A stretch of 64,000 nucleotides of DNA, taken from the NCBI GenBank assembly GCA_963747235.1, contig CAVVEU010000024.1, forward strand, positions 480,001 through 544,000. Reading direction: 5' to 3'. This DNA is from an uncultured Candidatus Rokubacteria bacterium. GTDB taxonomy: Bacteria; Methylomirabilota; Methylomirabilia; Rokubacteriales; CSP1-6. The notes under the pieces are model-generated. The model did not search any database. It was not told where the DNA came from and saw only the letters and a program-made list of their open reading frames with translations. A program made the translations under genes and the position numbers. Below are positions 43,783 to 53,422 of the stretch, piece by piece; the stretch's first letter is position 1; every line of letters begins with the position of its first letter.

Positions 43783-44781
43783 ATGCAGGAGCTGGTGCTT
43801 CCAGTCCGTCACGAATGGCTCGCCCGGGAGCGCGCCTACGGGAAGATCGCGATCGAGCCCTTCGAGCCGGGCTTTGCCCTGACGGCGGGCAATGCCTACC
43901 GCCGGGTGCTGCTGTCGTCCATCACGGGGTCCGCGCCCACCTGGGTCAAGATCGAGGGGGTGCTGCACGAGTTCTCGCACCTGGTCGGGATGCGCGAGGA
44001 CACCCTCGACATCATCCTGAACCTGCGCAAGCTCGTGTTCACGCTGCACGTCAACCGCCCCAAGCTGCTCCGGCTGAAGGTGCAGGGGGTGCGGACGGTG
44101 ACCGCGCGGGACTTCGAGCCCGATCCGGACGTGGAGATCCTGACGCCGGACGTGGCGCTGGCCACGCTGGACAAGGACGGCAGCCTCGAGATGGAAGTGT
44201 GCGTGGAGCGCGGGCGGGGCTACCAGGCGGCGGAGAAGCGCGAGCCGGAGGCGCTGCCCATCAACGCGATGATGATGGACGCGGACTTCTCGCCGGTGAA
44301 GCGCGTGAACTTCCACGTGGAGCCGAAGGGCGCGCACGAGCGGCTCATCATGGAAGTGTGGACCAACGGGACGGTGACGCCGGAGATGGCGGTGGCCGAC
44401 GCCTCGCGGATCCTCGACGACCAGTTCGCGCTGCTGATCGACTTCCCGACCACGCCGCCGGTGCAGACCGAGGGGACCGAGGCCGTCGCGGGCGAGCCCG
44501 CGCCGCGGAGCGAGGTGAACGAGCACCTCTTCCGCAACGTGGACGAGCTCGAGCTGTCGGTGCGCGCGTCCAACTGCCTCAAGACCGCGAACATCCGGAC
44601 CATCGCGGATCTCGTGCAGAAGACCGAGTCGGAGCTGCTGAAGACCAAGAATTTCGGCAAGAAGTCGCTGAACGAGATCAAGACCATCCTGGGGGAGATG
44701 GGGCTCTCCCTGGGCATGCGTCTCGATCCCGAAGAGCTGGAGCGGCTGCGCGCTCACTACGAGCGCGCGTTCGAGACCTAG
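43783..44781 (+). CDS. rpoA: DNA-directed RNA polymerase subunit alpha, stand-alone divergent copy
   Basis: '[11 protein letters not shown]', 'VLHEFS', 'IILNL', 'GRGY', '[10 protein letters not shown]', CTD '[13 protein letters not shown]', '[12 protein letters not shown]'. No rpsM/rpsK/rpsD/rplQ neighbours. Confidence 0.95.
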   Translation: MQELVLPVRHEWLARERAYGKIAIEPFEPGFALTAGNAYRRVLLSSITGSAPTWVKIEGVLHEFSHLVGMREDTLDIILNLRKLVFTLHVNRPKLLRLKVQGVRTVTARDFEPDPDVEILTPDVALATLDKDGSLEMEVCVERGRGYQAAEKREPEALPINAMMMDADFSPVKRVNFHVEPKGAHERLIMEVWTNGTVTPEMAVADASRILDDQFALLIDFPTTPPVQTEGTEAVAGEPAPRSEVNEHLFRNVDELELSVRASNCLKTANIRTIADLVQKTESELLKTKNFGKKSLNEIKTILGEMGLSLGMRLDPEELERLRAHYERAFET

Positions 44782-44820
44782 ACCGCCTCCCGCTTCCCGC
44801 GCGTCCACCACGGCCTCCGG

Positions 44821-47229
44821 TCATCCGGGGGCCGTGCTGTTTTCGGGGGTCTTTTCCGAGATCGTTTCGGGGTCGAGCTCCCAGGTCTCGGTGACGCCGC
44901 GGGCCCACGCGGTCACGCGCAGCACGCGTCCGTCGGTCTCCAGGATGACCGCGCCGTCGCGGTCGGTGCGGTAGACGCGCGCGCCCGCCGCGTCGAGGCG
45001 GGCGAGCGCCTCCGCGCTCGGGTGGCGGAAGGGATTGCGTGCGCCCACCGAGATCACCGCGAGCCGCGGCCGGGCCCGCTCGAGGAACGGCGCGGTGGAG
45101 GAGAACCGGCTGCCGTGATGCGCGACCTTGAGCGCGAGGGCGGCCACCGGGCCGGCACGCTCGAGCAGTAGCGCCTCGCCGCGGGCGCCCAGGTCGCCCG
45201 CGAGCAGCAGCGACACGCCACGCCAGTCGAGCCGCAACACCAGCGACTGGTCATTGGCCGTCTGCGCCGGCTCCGGACCGGGGCCGAGCACCGTGATCAG
45301 CGCGCTTCCGAGCCAGAGGCGCTGGCCGGCCGCCAGCACGCGGCGGGGCGCGCGCGAGCGGAGCAGCGCGGCCACCGTCTCCGGCGCGCCGCCCGAAGGG
45401 CGCCCGCTTTCCCAGAACTCGCCCACGTGGAAGTGGGTGAGGACGGCGGCGAGCCCGCCGGAGTGATCGGCGTCCCAGTGGGTGAGCGCGACCGCGTCCA
45501 GCCGGGCGAGCGGCCGGTTCCAGAGAAACGGCGCCAGCACGCGCTCGCCCACGTCGAAGCGGCGGACGCCGCCGGGCCCGCCGTCCACGAGCAGGCGCGG
45601 CCCCTCGGGCAGCTCGATCAGCGCCGCGTCCCCCTGGCCGACGTCGAGGAACGTCACGCGGAGCATGGTCTCGGTCGGCCGGAGCCACGGCCAGATCGAG
45701 AGCGCCGCCACCAGGACCACCAGAACCCCCATCACGACCCGGATGCGGCGGGACGCGGCCATCCCCGGCGCGAGGAGGACCGCGCCGTACCAGGCGACCG
45801 CGGTCGCCGCGGACGGCGCCGGCAGGTGCACCATCGCGGCGGGCAGGGCGGCCGCCAGGGAGACGCCCGCGCGCAGCGCGATCAGGACGAGCCAGAGCGC
45901 GTGGAAGAGCAGCGCGGCGAGCGCGCCCGAGGCCAGCTCGACCAGCAGCGCGAGCATGCCGAGGGTCGTCGCCACCGCGGCGAGCGGCACCACGAGCAGG
46001 TTGGCGACCACGCCGATCAGCGAGAGCTGATTGAAGTGGGCGAGCATGAGCGGCGTGACCGCGGCCTGCGCGCCCAGGCTCACCGCCACCGCCGCCGCGA
46101 GCCAGGCGGGCGCGCCGCGCGCGACGAGGCGCGCCGTGATGACCGGCCCGAGGTAGACGATGCCCGCGGTGGCCGCGAAGGAGAGCTGGAAGCCGGGCTC
46201 CCAGAGATCGCCGGGCCGCCAGAGCAGGAGCGCGAGCACCGCGAGGGCCAGCGCGTTGGGGAGCTGGGACTCGCGGTCGAGCAGCAGGGCGGCGAGCAGC
46301 AGCAACCCCATCACGGTGGCACGCAGCACGGACGGCTGGCCGCCCACGACCAGCGCGAACCCGACGAGCACGACGGCGGCCACGCCCGCGGCGCCGCGGC
46401 GCGGGACCCCGCACATGGCCAGCCCGCCGAACACCGCGCCCGCGAGCAGCGCCACGTTGAAGCCCGACACCGCGAGGATGTGGTAGACGCCGGCCCGCCG
46501 GAAGCCGGCGTCGATTTCACGAGGCAGCGCCGACCGCTCCCCGAGCAGCAGGCCCGCCAGCAGCGCGGCCGACGTCTCCGGCAGGCGCGCGGTGATGACG
46601 CCGACGGCCCAGCGCTTCACCGCCACCGGCCACGGCGGAGCATCCGGCGTCAGCGCGGTGATCCGATCCGATCGCGCGTGGCCGACCAGGAGAATGCCCT
46701 CGCGCCGCAGATGTTCCGGATAGTCGAAGCCGCCGGGGTTCCGGAAGCCGACGGGCCGATGGAGCCGCGCGTCCACGAGCACGCGCTGGTCCTCGCCGAG
46801 CGGGAGCGCGAGCTCGCCGTAGACGGTGAGCTGGACGCGGCCCACCGCGGGCAGCCGCTCGGGACCCGCGTGCAGGGCGTCCACGTCGAGCAGGAGCCGC
46901 GTGCGATCCGGCGTCCAGCGGACCGGCTCCTCGGCGAGCCGCCCCTCCAGCGCCAGCGTCCCGACGAGCGCCCGCCGGGCCAGGTGATCGGCGGGCAGAG
47001 GCGACCCGGCGACGCGTAGCGCGCCCAGCAGGGTCAGGCCGGCCAGGACCAGCACCAGCGCCGCGCGCGGATGCCGGCGGCTCGCGAGCGCGGCGAGCAG
47101 GAGCATGCCGGCCGCGGCGACGAGCAGGCGCGGCGTGGGGAGCGATAGCCACGCGGCCGCCGCGATGCCCGCGGTGACGGCCGCCGCGGGCGGCAGGAGC
47201 GGCGCGGTCGCGAGCCGCCGCTCAATCAC
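44821..47229 (-). CDS. comEC: Competence protein ComEC/Rec2
   Basis: 'NPGGFDY', 'HILAVSGFNV', 'PSVLRATVM', 'PGFQLSF', MBL domain 'FLDVGQGDA', 'THWDADH', 'KVAHHGS', 'YRTDRDGAV'. Confidence 0.94.
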   Translation of the reverse strand: MIERRLATAPLLPPAAAVTAGIAAAAWLSLPTPRLLVAAAGMLLLAALASRRHPRAALVLVLAGLTLLGALRVAGSPLPADHLARRALVGTLALEGRLAEEPVRWTPDRTRLLLDVDALHAGPERLPAVGRVQLTVYGELALPLGEDQRVLVDARLHRPVGFRNPGGFDYPEHLRREGILLVGHARSDRITALTPDAPPWPVAVKRWAVGVITARLPETSAALLAGLLLGERSALPREIDAGFRRAGVYHILAVSGFNVALLAGAVFGGLAMCGVPRRGAAGVAAVVLVGFALVVGGQPSVLRATVMGLLLLAALLLDRESQLPNALALAVLALLLWRPGDLWEPGFQLSFAATAGIVYLGPVITARLVARGAPAWLAAAVAVSLGAQAAVTPLMLAHFNQLSLIGVVANLLVVPLAAVATTLGMLALLVELASGALAALLFHALWLVLIALRAGVSLAAALPAAMVHLPAPSAATAVAWYGAVLLAPGMAASRRIRVVMGVLVVLVAALSIWPWLRPTETMLRVTFLDVGQGDAALIELPEGPRLLVDGGPGGVRRFDVGERVLAPFLWNRPLARLDAVALTHWDADHSGGLAAVLTHFHVGEFWESGRPSGGAPETVAALLRSRAPRRVLAAGQRLWLGSALITVLGPGPEPAQTANDQSLVLRLDWRGVSLLLAGDLGARGEALLLERAGPVAALALKVAHHGSRFSSTAPFLERARPRLAVISVGARNPFRHPSAEALARLDAAGARVYRTDRDGAVILETDGRVLRVTAWARGVTETWELDPETISEKTPENSTAPG

Positions 47230-47659
47230 TCACGGTGATGAAGCGTCGGATGGCGGCGAGCTTCTTCGGCCCCATGCCCAGGACATAGCGGAGCGCCTCG
47301 GGCGAGTCGAAGCGGCCGCGTCGCTCGCGCTCCTCCACGATGCGCTGCGCGAGCCCCGGCCCCACGCCGGGCAACGCGGCCAGCTCCGCGGCGGCGGCGC
47401 GGTTGACGTCGAGGGGCTTGATCGGCGCCGGCTCGGGCGCCGCCGCCGCGGGCGGGGTCGCGCGCGCGGGGGCGGGTGGCGGTGTCGGCGCCCCGGGCGT
47501 CTCGCCCACGAGGGGCGCCACCGGCTCGTCGCGATCGAATCGCTCCAGCCGCAGCGCCGCATCGGGGAAGCCGGCGCGCCATTCGCGCACGCCCAGCCCC
47601 ACGAGCAGGGTGAGCGCCAGCAGGATCAGGAGGCGGAGCTGCGGGAGGGAGTAGAGCAC
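47222..47659 (-). CDS. comEA: ComEA-like helix-hairpin-helix DNA-binding protein
   Basis: N-terminal TM, 'LDVNRA.AAELAALPGVGPGLAQRIV', 'VLGMGPKK'. SD GGAGG before GTG 47659. Confidence 0.88.
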   Translation of the reverse strand: MLYSLPQLRLLILLALTLLVGLGVREWRAGFPDAALRLERFDRDEPVAPLVGETPGAPTPPPAPARATPPAAAAPEPAPIKPLDVNRAAAAELAALPGVGPGLAQRIVEERERRGRFDSPEALRYVLGMGPKKLAAIRRFITVSD

Positions 47660-47803
47660 GCCTCCACCGTCCCACGACGATCCCGGGCTCGGCCAGAGTG
47701 CCAATCGGGATACGCCCCGCGGCGGCCCGGTCCCGACCAGCCGTGCTACACTTCGGAGCGCTTCGAGGTTGGCGCAGCCTCCTCAGCGCATCAGCGAACG
47801 CAC

Positions 47804-48133
47804 GTGCTCGAAAATCTCGTCATCCTGCTGATCATGGCCGGCCTGCTCGGCGGATTCTCGCTGTTTCTGTTCTTTCGCCTGCAGCGCAAGCAGCGGCGGG
47901 CGCCCTGGCGGCGGGAAGCGGGAATCCAGAACAACCGGCGCCTGGAGCGGCGGACGTTCGTGATCGGGGTCTGCGTGGTGCTCGTCCTGGTGGCCGGCAT
48001 CGTCGCGCTCCAGCTCAGCCGGCGCCCGTCCTGCGTCGGACGGTTCGTGATGATCACGGGGCCGGGTGGGACCAAGCTCGAGTGCACCTGCGAGCGCGGG
48101 CGCCTCGGCGTCTGCTTCGATCCCGGGCCCTAG
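47804..48133 (+). CDS. Small two-TM membrane protein with Cys-rich C-terminus
   Basis: GTG 47804, two hydrophobic helices separated by an Arg-rich loop, four Cys in the tail. Extended -10 TGcTACACT at 47744-47752. Confidence 0.55.
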   Translation: MLENLVILLIMAGLLGGFSLFLFFRLQRKQRRAPWRREAGIQNNRRLERRTFVIGVCVVLVLVAGIVALQLSRRPSCVGRFVMITGPGGTKLECTCERGRLGVCFDPGP

Positions 48134-48141
48134 CGGGCCGC

Positions 48142-48978
48142 TCAGATCAGGCCGAAGCCGTGGCCCCGGATGAACGGCCCGAAGTTGTGGCGCTCCGGCA
48201 CCGAGTACTGACGCGCCTTGTCCTCCGACCAGCCGTAGGGCTCCGAATACCCGAAGCGTTCCACGAAGCGCTGGTTCTCCTTCGGGGTGGCGTGCCGGCC
48301 CTCGCGACGGGTGTCGTAGGCCGCGAGCTGCGCGGGCAGATCCGCGTCGTCGTAGCGGTCGGTGTGGACGCTCACCACGGGGGGTAGCCGCATGCTGGTC
48401 CACCCGGGCTGCAGCGGATAGCCCACGCAGAGCCCGGCCACCGGGAAGACGCCGGGCGGCAGCTCGAGCAGCGCGGCGACCTTCTCGACGTGGTTGCGCA
48501 CCACGCTGATCGGGCAGCAGCCGAGGCCGAGCGCCTCCGCCGCGGTGATGAAGGCCTGCAGCACCAGCCCCGCGTCCACCGCCGCGTTCATGAACATGTC
48601 GAGCGTGTCGTTGGGGAAGGGGCGCGCGCGCAGCTCGCTCACCCGGCGGATGCGCCGGTGGTCGCCGCAGAACACCATGAAGAGCGGGGCCTGCGCGATC
48701 CACGGCATGTCCGGGATCCATGCGCCGATGGTGGCTTGCTTGATCCGGTCTCGCACGAGCACGATGCCGACCTGCTGCAGGTCCGACTTCGACGGCGCGG
48801 AGAGCGCGCCGGCCAGGGCCATCTCGAGCACGTCGTCCGGAATCGGGTCGGGCTTGTAGCGGCGCTGCGTCCGGTGCGAGAGCAGCAGGGCGAGGGCGCC
48901 TTCGGCGGGCCGCGCGCGCCCGGCCTCGGTCGGCAGGCCGAAGCGCTCCTGGATGAGATCCGCGATGGTCTTGCTCAC
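48142..48978 (-). CDS. Nitroreductase / NADPH-flavin oxidoreductase (NfsA/FRP-like)
   Basis: 'LLSHRTQRRY', 'SAPSKSDLQ', 'AAEALGLGCCPI..VRN', 'GLCVGYP...RLP...VH.DRY'. Confidence 0.88.
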   Translation of the reverse strand: MSKTIADLIQERFGLPTEAGRARPAEGALALLLSHRTQRRYKPDPIPDDVLEMALAGALSAPSKSDLQQVGIVLVRDRIKQATIGAWIPDMPWIAQAPLFMVFCGDHRRIRRVSELRARPFPNDTLDMFMNAAVDAGLVLQAFITAAEALGLGCCPISVVRNHVEKVAALLELPPGVFPVAGLCVGYPLQPGWTSMRLPPVVSVHTDRYDDADLPAQLAAYDTRREGRHATPKENQRFVERFGYSEPYGWSEDKARQYSVPERHNFGPFIRGHGFGLI

Positions 48979-50090
48979 GGCGTGAGCGCCGCGCGGGTGA
49001 TCGTCGTGGTCTCCCGGTTGTGCCACTCCGAGGCCGCGAAGGCCTCGTTGATCTGCTCGAGCGGGTAGGTGTGCGAGAGGATGCGGTGCCATGGCCGGCT
49101 CTCGCGCGTGCGCACGAGGAAGTCGAGCGCGCGCGGGATCACCCACGGGTCGTACTGGATCACGCCGACGATCTTCTTGGAGCCCCAGACGAGCAGCGCG
49201 GGCTCCAGCTCCACCTTGGCCCCGCGGCTGATGGTGCCGATCTCCAGATAGGTCCCGCCCGAGCGGAGCATCTCGATGCCCTCGGGGATCACCGCGGGGA
49301 AGCCCACCAGGTCGCACGCCACGTCCGCGCCGACCCCGCCCGTCCACTGGCGCACCAGCTTCACGCGCTCGCGCCGGTCGGTCACTTCCTTGACGTTGAT
49401 CGTGTGGTCCGCCCCGAAGGCGCGCGCCAGCTCGAGGCGCCCCGGGATCTGGTCCACCACGATCACGGTCTGCGCGCCCAGGTCCTTGGCCACCGCGGCC
49501 GCCTGGATGCCGAGGCCGCCCGCGCCCTGGATCACCACCGAGTCGCCCTGGCGGAGCCCGGCCACGTGCAGACCGTAGAAGACCTGGGAGAGCGCGCAGT
49601 TCACGCCCGCCACCGCCTCGTCGGACAGCGAATCCGGCACCACGAAGATCTGGCCGCGCGGGCGCAGGTAGTAGTGGTCGGCGAAGGCGCCGTGCAGGTG
49701 CGGAAACGCGCTCGGGCCGAGCGGCCGCTCGAGCTTGTTGGGGCAGGCCGCGGGCTCCTGGTGGAGGCACGCGTAGCAGCGCCCGCACGGGTAGAAGTAG
49801 GTGTAGGCGACGCGGTCGCCTTCCTTGAGCGGGCGGCCGAGCGAGTCGGTCTTGATCTTCGCGCCGAGGCGGGCCACGCGCCCGGTCATCTCGTGGCCGA
49901 AGATCCAGCCGTCGTCGGGCAGGCGCAGCGGCGCGTCGCCGCGCCAGAAGTGGAGGTCGGAGCCGCAGATGTTGGCGTGGCTGACCCGGATCAGCACGCC
50001 CTCCGGTTCGACCTCGGGGATCGGCACCTGGCGGATCTCGAAGGGCTTGCCGGGCCCGAAGAAGACGGCCGCCCGCGCGGTGGTGGCCAC
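48975..50090 (-). CDS. Zinc-binding (MDR) alcohol dehydrogenase
   Basis: 'ICGSDLH', 'GHE', 'CGRCYAC...C', 'VIQGAGGLG'. Confidence 0.9.
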   Translation of the reverse strand: MATTARAAVFFGPGKPFEIRQVPIPEVEPEGVLIRVSHANICGSDLHFWRGDAPLRLPDDGWIFGHEMTGRVARLGAKIKTDSLGRPLKEGDRVAYTYFYPCGRCYACLHQEPAACPNKLERPLGPSAFPHLHGAFADHYYLRPRGQIFVVPDSLSDEAVAGVNCALSQVFYGLHVAGLRQGDSVVIQGAGGLGIQAAAVAKDLGAQTVIVVDQIPGRLELARAFGADHTINVKEVTDRRERVKLVRQWTGGVGADVACDLVGFPAVIPEGIEMLRSGGTYLEIGTISRGAKVELEPALLVWGSKKIVGVIQYDPWVIPRALDFLVRTRESRPWHRILSHTYPLEQINEAFAASEWHNRETTTITRAALTP

Positions 50091-50092
50091 GG

Positions 50093-51322
50093 TCAGACCC
50101 CCCGCTCGGCGCCGAGCGCGAAGACGTCGTGCAGCGCCCGCACCGCGAGCTCGGTGTACTTGTCCTCGATGACGCAGGAGACCGCGATCTCGGAGGTGGA
50201 GATCATCTGGATGTTGATGCCCTCGGCGGACAGGGTCTCGAACATGCGGGCGGCGACGCCGGCGTGGCTGCGCATGCCCACGCCCACCACGGACACCTTG
50301 GCCACCCGGTCGTCCGCGGTCACGCCCTCGGCGCCGATCTCGCGGGCCAGCCCGGCCAGCACCGTCTCCGCGCGGGTGCGATCGGCGCGCGGCAGGGTGA
50401 AGGAGATGTCGGTCAGCCCGTCGCGGCTGATGTTCTGCACGATCATGTCCACCACGATGTTCTGGGCGCCGAGGCCGCCGAACACGCGCGAGGCGATGCC
50501 CGGCCGGTCGGGCACGCGCAGGATCGAGACCTTGGCCTGTCCCCGATCATGGGTGATGCCGGTCACCACCACGTCTTCCATGCTGTAATCCTCCCTGGTC
50601 ACGAGCGTGCCCGGGTCTGGCTTGAAGGTGGAGCGCACGTGAACCGGGACGTTGTGCTTCTTGGCGAACTCGACGGAGCGGGACTGGAGCACCTTCGCTC
50701 CGAGCGCGGCCATCTCGAGCATCTCGTCGTAGGAGATGCGCGGCAGCTTGCGCGCGTCGGGCACCACGTTGGGGTCGGCGGTGTAGACGCCGTCCACGTC
50801 GGTGAAGATCTCGCACACGTCGGCCTTGAGCGCGGCGGCGAGCGCGACCCCGGTGAGGTCGGAGCCGCCGCGGCCGAGGGTGGTGATGTCGCCGTCCTCG
50901 GTGGTGCCCTGGAAGCCCGCGATCACCGCGACGCGCCCCGCGTCGAGCGCGGCGTGGATGCGCTCGGCGGTGATGCGCTTGATGCGGGCGCGCGTGTGCC
51001 CCGCGTCGGTGACCATGCCGATCTGCGGCCCGGTGAACGAGCAGGCGGGATGGCCGAGGGACTGGAGCGCCATCGCGAGGAGCCCGATGGTGACCTGCTC
51101 GCCGGTGGAGAGGATCATGTCCATCTCGCGGGGATCCGGCGTGGCCGTGATCGCCGCGGCCAGGGAGAGGAGGCCGTCGGTGGTCTTGCCCATCGCGGAG
51201 ACCACGACGACCATGCGATGGCCGAGGCGGGCGGACTCCGCCACGCGCCGGGCCACGTTCTTGATCTTCTCGGCGTCGGCGACGGAGGAGCCACCATACT
51301 TCTGGACGATCAGCAGGCCCAT
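50093..51322 (-). CDS. lysC: Aspartokinase
   Basis: 'VQKYGGSSV', '[10 protein letters not shown]', 'TTLGRGGSD', '[11 protein letters not shown]', two ACT domains ('ISTSEI'). Confidence 0.96.
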   Translation of the reverse strand: MGLLIVQKYGGSSVADAEKIKNVARRVAESARLGHRMVVVVSAMGKTTDGLLSLAAAITATPDPREMDMILSTGEQVTIGLLAMALQSLGHPACSFTGPQIGMVTDAGHTRARIKRITAERIHAALDAGRVAVIAGFQGTTEDGDITTLGRGGSDLTGVALAAALKADVCEIFTDVDGVYTADPNVVPDARKLPRISYDEMLEMAALGAKVLQSRSVEFAKKHNVPVHVRSTFKPDPGTLVTREDYSMEDVVVTGITHDRGQAKVSILRVPDRPGIASRVFGGLGAQNIVVDMIVQNISRDGLTDISFTLPRADRTRAETVLAGLAREIGAEGVTADDRVAKVSVVGVGMRSHAGVAARMFETLSAEGINIQMISTSEIAVSCVIEDKYTELAVRALHDVFALGAERGV

Positions 51323-51331
51323 GAGAGGGCC

Positions 51332-51361
51332 ATCCTACACGACGCCCGCGCGGAGTGTAAA
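51332..51361 (-). promoter_or_regulatory. Putative sigma70 promoter of lysC (TTTACA-N18-TAGGAT), 9 nt before ATG
   Basis: Minus-strand read; essentially no room for an SD. Confidence 0.5.
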
Positions 51362-51374
51362 GCCGCGCCCGGCT

Positions 51375-51986
51375 TCAGCGCGGGCGGCGACCGGGGTCGC
51401 CGCCGTCGTCGCGCGGCGGCCGGATCTCGCGCGGCGCCGACTGGCGGCGCTGCCGTAGCTGCTCGCGGGCCTGCTGGCGCTGCTCGGGGGTCATGGTGCG
51501 CCACCGCTCGAGGTTCCGGTCGAGCCGCTCGCGCTGCTCCGGCGTGAGCGCCTGGTAGCGCTCGTAGCGCTGCTGGATCTGCTGCCGCCGGTCCGGCGGG
51601 AGCTGCTGGTATCGCTCGTAGGCCCGCTCGAGCTCGCGCTTGCGATCGTCGGGGAGCTGGTTCCAGCGCTGGAAGTCCTGCATGATCCGCGCGCGCTCGC
51701 TCGGCGGCATCTGGCGGTAGCGCTGGAGATTCTGGCGTGCGTTCTGGCGCTCCTCGGGGGACAGGCTCTTCCAGTGGCGGTAGTTCTCGAGCGCGCGCTC
51801 CCGCTGCTCGGGCGTCATGGTGCGCCACCGCTCCAGGTTGCGCTCGGCCGCCGCGCGCTCCTCCGGCGAGAGCCGCTCGAGGCCCTGGATGGGCGCGCCC
51901 GCGGGCGGCGGCGGGGGCGGCGCCTGGGCGGACGCCGCGGCGGCGAGCCCCAGCACCGCGGCCACGACGAGCGCGATGAGGCGCAT
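51375..51986 (-). CDS. Secreted DUF3106-like protein with eight 18-aa repeats
   Basis: Signal peptide 'MRLIALVVAAVLGLAAAASAQ'. Repeats of form (W/Y)xx(L/M)(S/T/P)P(E/D)xR with an 18-aa period. Confidence 0.8.
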   Translation of the reverse strand: MRLIALVVAAVLGLAAAASAQAPPPPPPAGAPIQGLERLSPEERAAAERNLERWRTMTPEQRERALENYRHWKSLSPEERQNARQNLQRYRQMPPSERARIMQDFQRWNQLPDDRKRELERAYERYQQLPPDRRQQIQQRYERYQALTPEQRERLDRNLERWRTMTPEQRQQAREQLRQRRQSAPREIRPPRDDGGDPGRRPR

Positions 51987-52285
51987 CACTTCACGCTCCG
52001 GGTGGGCGGCGGCGGCGGGGGCGACGACGCGGAGTCGGGCCCGCCCGCGGCCTCCTGCGCGCGCTGGCTCTCGAGCATGCGCAGCCGCTCGAAGAAGCCC
52101 ATGCGCCGCGCCACCTCGCGGTCGCGCGCGTAGTCGGGACTGCTCAGCAGGTCGAGGTCTCTCAGCATCTCCGCGTCCACCGCCTCCGGCGCGCCCGCGC
52201 GCCCACCGCGCTCGGCCGCGCCCGCTTCGCTCACTCCCGCCAGCGCCAGCGCCGCGAGGCCGACGGGCCAGATCCATGGGGTCAC
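51986..52285 (-). CDS. Small secreted hypothetical protein
   Basis: Signal-like N-terminus, 'DAEMLRDLDLL...RRMGFFERLRMLE'. Coupled to both neighbours. Confidence 0.65.
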   Translation of the reverse strand: MTPWIWPVGLAALALAGVSEAGAAERGGRAGAPEAVDAEMLRDLDLLSSPDYARDREVARRMGFFERLRMLESQRAQEAAGGPDSASSPPPPPPTRSVK

Positions 52286-52288
52286 CGC

Positions 52289-52789
52289 TCAGCCCTTCTG
52301 GGGCTCCGGCAGCTCGTCCAGCTCGCCGATCACGTTGAAGTCCTCGAGCAGGTCGAGCTGCTGCACCACGTCGAGCCGCGCGATCATGTCGAGCTGGCTC
52401 GCCAGGATCGTGTTGTCCAGCGCGAGCGGATCGGGCGTGCGCACGCCGGCCGGCAGCCCGGTCATCACCAGCAGCGCCACGAGGCCCGCCGCCACCAGGG
52501 CGGGCAGCGGGCGCGCGAGCCACGCCCAGAGCCCGGCGCTCCCCCCGGCGCTGCCCGAGATCCGGCGCTCGAGCCGCTCGCGCAGCTCCGCGCGATAGGC
52601 GCCCCAGTGGATCGGGGGCGGCGCCGGCGCGGTCCGGGCCAGCTCCGTCATCAGCGCGCCGAACCGCTCGCGCGCCGCGCGGCAGTCGTCGCACGCCGAC
52701 AGGTGGGCGTCCACCCGCGCCCGGTCGGCCGGATCGAGCTCGCCGCGGACGTGATCGATCAGCCATTCGTCGACGTGTACGTCGTTCAT
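52289..52789 (-). CDS. Zinc-binding (ZAS, zf-HC2) transmembrane anti-sigma factor
   Basis: 'HV..WL.DHVRGEL....RARVDAHLSACDDC' (HxxxCxxC), one TM, acidic 'LD' repeat tail. Confidence 0.88.
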   Translation of the reverse strand: MNDVHVDEWLIDHVRGELDPADRARVDAHLSACDDCRAARERFGALMTELARTAPAPPPIHWGAYRAELRERLERRISGSAGGSAGLWAWLARPLPALVAAGLVALLVMTGLPAGVRTPDPLALDNTILASQLDMIARLDVVQQLDLLEDFNVIGELDELPEPQKG

Positions 52790-53364
52790 CCCTCGTCTCC
52801 GAGCCGCCGCCTGAGCGTGGAGAGCGCGCGGTGCAGATGGACCCGCACGGTGGCCTCCGACACGTTCAGCACGGCGGCGATGTCCTTCGTCGCCAGCCCC
52901 TCGCGGCACGACAGCGTCACCGCGGCGCGCTGCTGCGGCGAGAGGTCTTCCACCAGCGCCCAGACCTTCGTCATGCGCCGCTCCGTATCCATGCCCTCGA
53001 CCGGGTCCGTGAAGGGCGCGGGCGCCTGCTCCACCGGATCCGGCTCGTCGGGCCCGTCGGCGCGCTGGTCGCGCCAGCCGACGAGCCGCCGCCACCCGCG
53101 CCGGCGCCGCTGCTGGTCCAGGCAGCAGTTGACCAGGATGCGGTAGAACCAGGTCGAGAACTTCGACTGCCCCGCGAACGACCCGGCCGATTCGTGGAGG
53201 CGGATGAACGCTTCCTGCGAGCAATCCCGGGCGTCCTCGCGATCGCGCAGCACGGACCAGGCGATCCGGTAGGCCCGTTCCTGGTAGCGCTCCACCAGGA
53301 GATCGAAGGCTCCCGGTTCTCGCTCGGCGATCGCACGGCACAACTGTTCATCGCTCGACTCCAC
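52786..53364 (-). CDS. ECF RNA polymerase sigma factor
   Basis: 'AFDLLVERYQ', 'DARDCSQEAFIR', 'SKFSTWFYRILVN.CLD', 'LSPQQR...IAAVLNVSEATVRVHLHRA'. Confidence 0.93.
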   Translation of the reverse strand: MESSDEQLCRAIAEREPGAFDLLVERYQERAYRIAWSVLRDREDARDCSQEAFIRLHESAGSFAGQSKFSTWFYRILVNCCLDQQRRRRGWRRLVGWRDQRADGPDEPDPVEQAPAPFTDPVEGMDTERRMTKVWALVEDLSPQQRAAVTLSCREGLATKDIAAVLNVSEATVRVHLHRALSTLRRRLGDEG

Positions 53365-53422
53365 GGGCGCCTCTCGCCCCGATCTTCCCACACGCGCGCA
53401 CGCGGCACCAATTCCCGCTCGA

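Noticed and set aside
51460-51890. 54-nt periodic repeats
   Set aside because: Coding repeats of the DUF3106-like protein.
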